A program made the position numbers and the translations under genes. Below are positions 57,448 to 64,000 of a stretch of DNA of 64,000 nucleotides, piece after piece (position 1 is the stretch's first letter; every line of letters begins with the position of its first letter). Under the pieces are notes generated by a model. That model was not told the DNA's origin, made no database searches, and saw only the letters and a program-made list of their open reading frames with translations. Origin of the DNA: Planctomycetota bacterium (GTDB taxonomy: Bacteria > Planctomycetota > B15-G4); NCBI GenBank assembly GCA_965248575.1, contig CBDFJQ010000002.1, positions 2,272,001 through 2,336,000 on the forward strand, written 5' to 3'.

Positions 57448-58414
57448 CGCTCAGCTCCTGTCCGGAGGGAGTCGCCGGCAAGGCGCTCGGCGGCTCGGCT
57501 TCCGTGGTCAAGGGCAGCTGGCGATTGGCCCAATCCTCGATGGAGCCGTCGTAGAGACGGACCTCATGGCCCAGGGTGCGGGCCGCGAACAACACGAAGC
57601 TGGCGTACTTGCCGATGTGGCACATGCCCACCACGGTGTCGCCTGGCTGCACGCCCGCCTTGGCAAACACCTTTCTCAGCTCCAATGCGGGGAGCAGGAC
57701 ACCACGCTCGTCGATCAGCTCGATCCACGGCAGGCTCCCTGCGCCCGGCATGTGGCCGACGCTGTCCAGGTGGTCTGCCTTGAGGCCGTCGAAGTAGACA
57801 CCCGGGCGGCAATCCACCAGCGCGAACCCATCCCCTGGAATCCTCTTCTGGATCCACTCGGCGTCGACCACGAGCTCGGGACGCGGCCTCAACTCCCTCA
57901 ACTCAAGGGTGCCTGCTTCTGGCTCGACGCGTTCATCGCTCGTGAGGCCGCCGGCCTTGACCCAGGCATCCAGCCCCCCATCCAGGATCATGGACTGATC
58001 CTGGAGCCCCGCCCACTGCAGGACAAAGAGCAAGCGTCCCGAATTGGTCACCCAGCCATCGCTCTGCACCACGAGGATCTTCGAGTTGGCTGAGATACCC
58101 CACCCGCGCAGGACCTTCTCCAAGCTCGCCAGCTCGGGCATTTCCAGCACCAGCCCCCCACCGACCCTGGACTGACCGCTTGCTTCACGAGAAGTCGACA
58201 CGACGTCCAAATCGACGTAGAGAGCCCCGGGAAGGTGAGCCCGTGCGTAACTGCCACGCTCTCCCACCTGGAGCACGACGAGCCCATCATCGTCGAGATG
58301 CTCTGACAACCAGGCGGGCGCGACGAGCAAAGCATCGCGACGAGGCTCGTCCCCACATCGGACCGGGCCAGGGAGCAGGAAGAACAACGACAGGAACCAC
58401 AACAGGGCTGACAT
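57431..58414 (-). CDS. Exported tandem-domain rhodanese/sulfurtransferase (SseA/TST type)
   Basis: Signal-like N-terminus; LVAPAWL, HLPGA, ILDGGLDAW, GHMPGA, active loop CHIGKYA, LYDGSIEDW. Confidence 0.9.
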   Translation of the reverse strand: MSALLWFLSLFFLLPGPVRCGDEPRRDALLVAPAWLSEHLDDDGLVVLQVGERGSYARAHLPGALYVDLDVVSTSREASGQSRVGGGLVLEMPELASLEKVLRGWGISANSKILVVQSDGWVTNSGRLLFVLQWAGLQDQSMILDGGLDAWVKAGGLTSDERVEPEAGTLELRELRPRPELVVDAEWIQKRIPGDGFALVDCRPGVYFDGLKADHLDSVGHMPGAGSLPWIELIDERGVLLPALELRKVFAKAGVQPGDTVVGMCHIGKYASFVLFAARTLGHEVRLYDGSIEDWANRQLPLTTEAEPPSALPATPSGQELSDADPG

Positions 58415-58642
58415 GGCGGCCCTCCGGCGAGGAAGCGGACACCCCTGTCTCCGTACGGAGCCCAGCCTCTCTGCCAAGTGATTCCAAAGTGGTTTTGGCC
58501 CGGAGCGGAGCCGCCCCATGGGCGCACAAGCTCATGGTGTTTCCGTGCGTCCGGCCCACTTCTGCCGTTGATTCTGGAGATTTTCTTGAGTGCTTTTCCC
58601 GGCGCCAAGAGGCTGTCGCTGGCGTGGTAATGTCCCAGGATC

Positions 58643-61330
58643 ATGCACACAAATGGCCAGGATGATGTGGACTCCCAGGGCGAGGAAGACCTCTTCGCCA
58701 AGCTGAGATCTGCGGTCCGTGAGGAGCAAAGAGGCTCCTCACACCAGGACGACGAGCCCCAGCATCCGCGACCCGAGGGCTACGACGTGCTCGGCGAGAT
58801 CCACCGCGGTTCTCAGGGCATCGTCTATCGCGCCTTGCAACGCAGCACCAAGCGACTGGTGGCGGTGAAGGTGCTGTTGTTCGGTCGCCATGCGGATGAG
58901 CTCGAGCGAGCGCGCTTCGAGCGAGAGATCAAGGTGGCGGCCAGCCTCGACCACCCTGCGATCGTCACGGTCTATGAGGCGGGCGTCACCGACGGATGGC
59001 TCTGGTACTCCATGCAACTCGTCGATGGAGAGCGCCTCGACGATTTCCTCGACCGCGGTGAACTGAGCGCGCGCGAGCGGGTCACACTCCTTCGGGACAT
59101 CGGCCGGGTCGTCGCGCACGCCCACGAGAACGACGTGGTTCACCGGGATCTCAAGCCCAGCAACGTCGTCGTGGATGGGAGCGGCACGCCACACGTGCTC
59201 GACTTCGGGTTGGCCAAGCCCATGTCCAGCTTGGATGACCTCACAAGTCTCACGTCGACGGGCAACTTCCTCGGGACCTTGACCTACGCCTCCCCAGAGC
59301 AGGTGGGGCCTGCCTCACACCTCGTGGACTCCCGAGCCGACGTCCACGCCCTGGGCGTCATGCTCTACGAGATGATGACGGGGAGACGCCCCTTCGATGG
59401 GCATGGCGGTGTCTCGTCTCTCGTGCGGACCCTTGCCCATGAGCCGGCCCCGGACCCCACTCGCTTTGCCCCCTCCATGGATCGGGATCTGCGAGCCATC
59501 CTGCTCATGTCCCTGGCCAAGTCGCCAGAGGATCGCTACCGCGACGCCGGGGAGCTTGCCGATGACCTGACTCGTTGGCTGGACCACGAGCCTGTCGCAG
59601 CTCGTCGCCCGCGCCCCTGGCGGCGCTTCATGGCCTTCGCCAGGAGACGCAAGGGTCTCGCTACACTGCTCGGCACCCTGCTGCTCGGCGCTGTTGTGGC
59701 CACCATCGTCGTCGACCAGGCCGGCGATCGAGGAGATCGTTTTCAGCAAGCCTATGAACGGGTGCTCACGGGCGATCTGGGCGGCATGGGGTCGCCGACA
59801 CCTGTGCTGCAGGCCTTCGTCCGCGCCGCCCGGTCCGTGGATACCAACCTACCTGATGACCCCATGGCGAGGGCGCACGTTCACTGCGTCGTTGGCTCTG
59901 CCTTCGCAGATCGTTTCGAGTTGGGAGCGGCACGTTACTTCTACGGGAGCGCGCTTGAGCTTCTGCGGGGAGTCCACGGCCCCGACCACGCCGCACTTTC
60001 GAACCCCTGGCGGCTGCTAGGCGAACTGGAACTGCGCGCCGGAACAACCCAAGCGGTAGACGCCCTGCGAGAAGCGCTTCGGCTCAACACCGAACCCGGA
60101 AGCCTCATCGCTGCCGATGGCTTTCCTGCAGACGGGCCTGCGAGGAGCTCGGTCGACGCAGCAGACCAAGATGCCCACGACGGGCCGGAGAGCCGGGCAG
60201 TCTCAAACACGGGCCTCAGCGCCCTTCTGGCCCGAGCGTTGCTAGCCCTCGAGAGCGAGGCATCGCTCACCGAGGCAGAGGACTTGCTCTCGTATCACTT
60301 GCCCAGAAAGGAACGTCTCCACCCCAAGGATCGGCTCAAAGTCCTCCACTCCCAGGGGCTCCTGCTCTTGGCGCAGGGGCAGCTTCAACAAGCTCGCGAT
60401 GTGTTGGAAGGCGCGCTCGACCAAGCCGAGCAGGACGGGCTGCTCGCAGATGTAGGTGCTGACCAGGAACGCGATGCGCCGCCGGACGCAAATACACTCC
60501 GCACCCCTCCACCACCGACATCCGACACGGCAGCAGAACTCGCCGATCTGCTACTGGACCTCGCCTCAGTCGCGCTGCTCAGGGGACAGCAAGGGGAAGC
60601 CCTTGCGCACATCGACCTGATCGTGGCCTTGAGCCACCGCCGTCACGGAGCCGAGACACTTCCAGAGCTGTTGTGGACCATGGCCGACGTGCGCAAGAGG
60701 CGAGGCCAGCCCCATGTGGCGCAGCTCGTGAAGGCCCGTGCGCTGCCACTCATGATGCGTAACTGGGCACCCAGCTCTGTGGAACACGGCCCCGCTCTCC
60801 AGGTCCTTGCAACGAGCTTCGACACGGTCGATGAGGACGTGTGGTCCTTGCCCTGGCTCGACGCCTTCGTGCAGCTACGGCGCGTGCGCGGTGTCGGCAC
60901 CTATCAACTCGCGGACAGCGCGAACGATGTGGCCATCCTGGCTCGTGCCGCAGGCCAGGACGCGCTCGCCGAATCCCTGCTCCAGGAAAGCTTGACCATC
61001 CGCTGTCGCTCGCTTGGCTTGGACTGCCCCCATCGCATGGAGTCGCTCCTGGAGCTTGCAGACCTCCAGCTTGCATCCGGGGAAACGGAGACGTCGCGCG
61101 CACATCTGCTTGAGGCGGCAAGTATCCTGACGCGCACGAGAGCATTTGGAAGCACCAGAGGCTCCATCCACGCGCTCCGTGTCGCTGAACTGCTGGAACG
61201 CCTCGGCGAATTTCCAGACGCACGGCAACTCGCTGACGGGATGGAATCGACGGGTGCCCTGCGGGAAGAGGCCTTGTGGTCCGAACGCCTGGCTCAGCTG
61301 CGGCAACGACTGGGGTCCTCCGCCCAATGA
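58643..61330 (+). CDS. Hanks-type Ser/Thr kinase with TM and TPR-like region
   Basis: RGSQGIVY, VAVK, HRDLKPSN, DFGLAK, GTLTYASPEQ, DVHALG; TM near aa 340-357; helical repeats. Confidence 0.93.
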   Translation: MHTNGQDDVDSQGEEDLFAKLRSAVREEQRGSSHQDDEPQHPRPEGYDVLGEIHRGSQGIVYRALQRSTKRLVAVKVLLFGRHADELERARFEREIKVAASLDHPAIVTVYEAGVTDGWLWYSMQLVDGERLDDFLDRGELSARERVTLLRDIGRVVAHAHENDVVHRDLKPSNVVVDGSGTPHVLDFGLAKPMSSLDDLTSLTSTGNFLGTLTYASPEQVGPASHLVDSRADVHALGVMLYEMMTGRRPFDGHGGVSSLVRTLAHEPAPDPTRFAPSMDRDLRAILLMSLAKSPEDRYRDAGELADDLTRWLDHEPVAARRPRPWRRFMAFARRRKGLATLLGTLLLGAVVATIVVDQAGDRGDRFQQAYERVLTGDLGGMGSPTPVLQAFVRAARSVDTNLPDDPMARAHVHCVVGSAFADRFELGAARYFYGSALELLRGVHGPDHAALSNPWRLLGELELRAGTTQAVDALREALRLNTEPGSLIAADGFPADGPARSSVDAADQDAHDGPESRAVSNTGLSALLARALLALESEASLTEAEDLLSYHLPRKERLHPKDRLKVLHSQGLLLLAQGQLQQARDVLEGALDQAEQDGLLADVGADQERDAPPDANTLRTPPPPTSDTAAELADLLLDLASVALLRGQQGEALAHIDLIVALSHRRHGAETLPELLWTMADVRKRRGQPHVAQLVKARALPLMMRNWAPSSVEHGPALQVLATSFDTVDEDVWSLPWLDAFVQLRRVRGVGTYQLADSANDVAILARAAGQDALAESLLQESLTIRCRSLGLDCPHRMESLLELADLQLASGETETSRAHLLEAASILTRTRAFGSTRGSIHALRVAELLERLGEFPDARQLADGMESTGALREEALWSERLAQLRQRLGSSAQ

Positions 61331-61893
61331 ACTCGACCCGCGCTTCCCTGATCGCCCGCCTCGCTGATCGAAACGACTCCGAGGCCTGGGAGAACTTCCA
61401 ATCCTTGTATGGCCCACTCATCCGAAACTTCGCCCGCGCGCAGGGGCTGACGGGTCACGACGCGGATGAGGTCCGTGACCAGTGCTTCGAGGTGGTCGTC
61501 CGCCGCATGCGTGACTTCCAGTACGACCCCAGCAAGGCGGGCTTCAAGGCCTGGCTCTACCGCATCGTGCGCGGAAAGGTCATCGACTCCCGTCGCCGCA
61601 AGCGCGAAGTCGGCTTGGAAAGCGAAGAGCTGCGAGACCTGCTGGACCCATCACCCACGGCCGAACAGCTCTGGAACACGCGCTGGGATCACGAACATCT
61701 TCTTCATGGCCTGGAGCGAGCGAGGGCCCTGGTGTCTCCAAAGAACTGGCGAGCCTTCGAGATGCTGCTCATTGAGGACGCCAGCGTTGCCGACGTCTGC
61801 AGCGCACTCGCGCTCAATACCAATCAGGTCTACAAGGCCAAATCACGCGTCCTGGCGGAGGTCCGTCGCATCTTGGACCGCGAAGACGCCTAG
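61327..61893 (+). CDS. ECF RNA polymerase sigma factor
   Basis: TRASLIARL..DSEAWENF..LYGPLI, HDADEV, FQYDP..GFKAWL, QVYKAKSRV; ATGA overlap with the kinase. Confidence 0.92.
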   Translation: MNSTRASLIARLADRNDSEAWENFQSLYGPLIRNFARAQGLTGHDADEVRDQCFEVVVRRMRDFQYDPSKAGFKAWLYRIVRGKVIDSRRRKREVGLESEELRDLLDPSPTAEQLWNTRWDHEHLLHGLERARALVSPKNWRAFEMLLIEDASVADVCSALALNTNQVYKAKSRVLAEVRRILDREDA

Positions 61894-62010
61894 CGTCACC
61901 GCCTGCTGCATCAGGAACCGGAGTTCTTCCGGGCGAGGGGGACAGCCGCAACTTGTCTCGTGGTCGCGCACTCGCCCGGCCTTCGCCGGCAGTCCCGCGA
62001 CCCAAGCTGG

Positions 62011-62793
62011 CTACCAATCCAGCACAGCACCATCGTGATTCAGGAACAGGCCGCTCTGCTCGGGCTTCAGCCCTTCGATGACCTTGCGCAGGCCGGAGAT
62101 CGATTCCTCCGGCGAGAGGGTCGCATCCGGACCACCCATGTCCGTGCGCACCCAACCCGGACTGACCGGGATGACGATCAGCCCGTTCTCTCGCTGCTCG
62201 GCGGCCAGACTGCGCGAGTACATGTTCAAGGCGGCCTTGCTCTCCCGGTATCCATTGAAGCTGCCGCTCGTGTTCTCCGCGAGACTGCCGAGCCGACTGG
62301 ACACATTGACGACGATGCCGGACTTCGCAGCCTTGAGGTTTGGCAGGAGCGCGGTCGTCACGCGAACGGGCCCCAGGGTGTTCACGTCCATCACGCGGCG
62401 AATGCGCTCATGAGGGCTGGTGGTCTCGCTCAGTGAGCGACCGCTCGTACCCGCATTGTTGATCAACAGATGGACCGGACCATCGCCGACTTCCTTGGTG
62501 AACTCGGCCACGGACTCATCGTCGGTGACATCCAAGGTCAGCACCCGGGCACCCGTTGCAACCAACGCCATGGCCGCCTCCGGATTGCGGGCCGTCCCCA
62601 CCACATGCGCGCCAGCCTCCATGAACTGCTTGGCGAACTCGAGGCCCAGGCCCCGGTTTGCACCGGTGACCACCACAGTCTTCCCTGCGAAGCGCGAGCC
62701 GCTGTCAGCCGCGTCGTCCCCCGAAGCTTCACTGAAACCCAGCAGCAAGACACACGCGAGAAGGACGGCAACGGGCTTGAAGCTTGAAGACAT
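62011..62793 (-). CDS. Short-chain dehydrogenase/reductase (CsgA/C-factor-like) with signal-like N-terminus
   Basis: TGANRGLG, LINNAG, SSRLGS, YRESK, SPGWVRTDMGG. Confidence 0.92.
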   Translation of the reverse strand: MSSSFKPVAVLLACVLLLGFSEASGDDAADSGSRFAGKTVVVTGANRGLGLEFAKQFMEAGAHVVGTARNPEAAMALVATGARVLTLDVTDDESVAEFTKEVGDGPVHLLINNAGTSGRSLSETTSPHERIRRVMDVNTLGPVRVTTALLPNLKAAKSGIVVNVSSRLGSLAENTSGSFNGYRESKAALNMYSRSLAAEQRENGLIVIPVSPGWVRTDMGGPDATLSPEESISGLRKVIEGLKPEQSGLFLNHDGAVLDW

Positions 62794-62902
62794 GGCGGAT
62801 CAACTCCTGGAAATCGAGCAACGGTTGAGCAGGCGCACACTCTAGCATCGCCCTCACCCAGCGCCTGGCCGCACGCCGCACAGACCGTTCGAGGATCACC
62901 CC

Positions 62903-64000
62903 ATGCTCACACTCGCCCTTGCCCTCGCCTTCGCCATGACGACGCCCCCAGGAGATGAAGCTGAGTGGCACACGATCGAGGTGGAGGGTCGCGGGCGTCT
63001 GGACTACGCACTGCTCACACCGGATGGCTTCGAACCCGATGTCGCCGCACCGGTCCTGCTGGCCCTACCGCCCGGAAACGGCGGGCGGGACATGGTGCAG
63101 CGCGGCCTCGAACTCTACTTCGCGGAGCAAGCTCGCAGGCGCGGGTGGGTGGTGGTCTCACCGGCGGCGCCCGAGGGCGCACCCTTCTTCTCCGAGGGCG
63201 CGCTGTTTCTTCCCAGCTTGCTCGACCAGCTGGCAGGCAAGCTCACGGTCGAGGGCGGTCGCGTTCACCTGGCCGGGGTGAGCAGCGGCGGTCGCGGCGC
63301 CTTCCATGTGGCGGGCCTCGCCCCCCAGCGCTTCGCCTCCCTGACGGTTCTGCCTGGCGTGCCGTCGGAGAACGCATCGAGCGCACAACTGGCTGCCGCT
63401 GGCAGCTTGCCCATCGCCTTCTTTGTCGGTGAGCACGACCAAGGCTGGCTCGAGGCTTCGCGCGAGGCCACGCAGCGACTGCACGCGCTGGGCAGCGAAC
63501 GCGTGAGTCTCAAAGTCCGGCCGGGAGAAGAGCATGTCCTCGACAGCAAGCTCGCAGCCGAGATCTTCGATCGCCTCGACGCGCTGCGTGAGACGGAACG
63601 CGTTCGCGACAGAACCCGCGTCCAGATCGCCAAGGTGCTCGACGATCTGCACGAGGCTGCGTCCGTCGCCGATGAGGACCGCTACTTCGACCAGTTCCTG
63701 CCGGATGCCATTTTCATTGGCACCGATGCCAGCGAGCGTTGGACAGTGGGGCAACTGCGGGCTTACGCAGCAGCTCCCTTCGAAACGGAATCCGCCTGGA
63801 CCTACGAACCCTTGGACCGGCACATCACCCTCGCACCGGATGGACTGACAGCCCACTTCTACGAGCGATTGATGAACGCGAAGTACGGTGAGACGCGCGG
63901 CTCGGGCGTCCTCCGCCAACGGGCCGGGCGCTGGCGCATCGCGCAGTACGTGCTCTCCTTCAGCGTGCCGAATGAAGCTGCCCCTGCGGTCGTGCAGGCG
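62903..64000 (+). CDS. Secreted alpha/beta hydrolase fused to SnoaL/NTF2-like domain (3' partial)
   Basis: Hand-translated frame absent from the ORF track: MLTLALALAF..., HLAGVSSGG, FVGEHD, then VLDDLHEAAS.ADEDRYF...FIGTDASERW...RGSGVL...WRIAQYVLSF; runs off the window. Confidence 0.85.
   Translation, partial: MLTLALALAFAMTTPPGDEAEWHTIEVEGRGRLDYALLTPDGFEPDVAAPVLLALPPGNGGRDMVQRGLELYFAEQARRRGWVVVSPAAPEGAPFFSEGALFLPSLLDQLAGKLTVEGGRVHLAGVSSGGRGAFHVAGLAPQRFASLTVLPGVPSENASSAQLAAAGSLPIAFFVGEHDQGWLEASREATQRLHALGSERVSLKVRPGEEHVLDSKLAAEIFDRLDALRETERVRDRTRVQIAKVLDDLHEAASVADEDRYFDQFLPDAIFIGTDASERWTVGQLRAYAAAPFETESAWTYEPLDRHITLAPDGLTAHFYERLMNAKYGETRGSGVLRQRAGRWRIAQYVLSFSVPNEAAPAVVQA

Overview
High-GC bacterial chromosomal window, densely coding. 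The lineage is probably Planctomycetota (inferred from FG-GAP surface proteins with a shared C-terminal module, a Ser/Thr kinase-ECF sigma pair and many secreted hypotheticals). I found no rRNA, complete tRNA, CRISPR array, transposase or integrase. Main content: (1) a canonical quinol-dependent NO reductase (qNor) convergent with a nonaheme cytochrome / Tat Fe-S / NrfD-type quinol-oxidoreductase module; (2) a lipoprotein-signal Zn deaminase; (3) a protease / acidic secreted protein / FG-GAP / orphan RND cluster; (4) a small 4-Cys secreted peptide with a redoxin partner, separated by a perfect hairpin; (5) a P2A ATPase / USP / Ca:cation antiporter cluster; (6) a ChlI/MoxR-like AAA+ and VWA pair; (7) a divergent locus with a 1117-aa cytochrome P460-like + pentaheme fusion, a large monoheme protein and a small cytochrome-like protein lacking CxxCH, which is my best candidate for an undescribed system; (8) a membrane-domain-ferrochelatase fusion; (9) a five-gene sulfur-relay operon (exported rhodanese, two YeeE/YedE, a Cys-tail rhodanese, a Moco-sulfurase-like PLP enzyme); (10) kinase-ECF, an SDR and a hydrolase-SnoaL fusion. 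All calls come from reading motifs by eye; no database searches were run.
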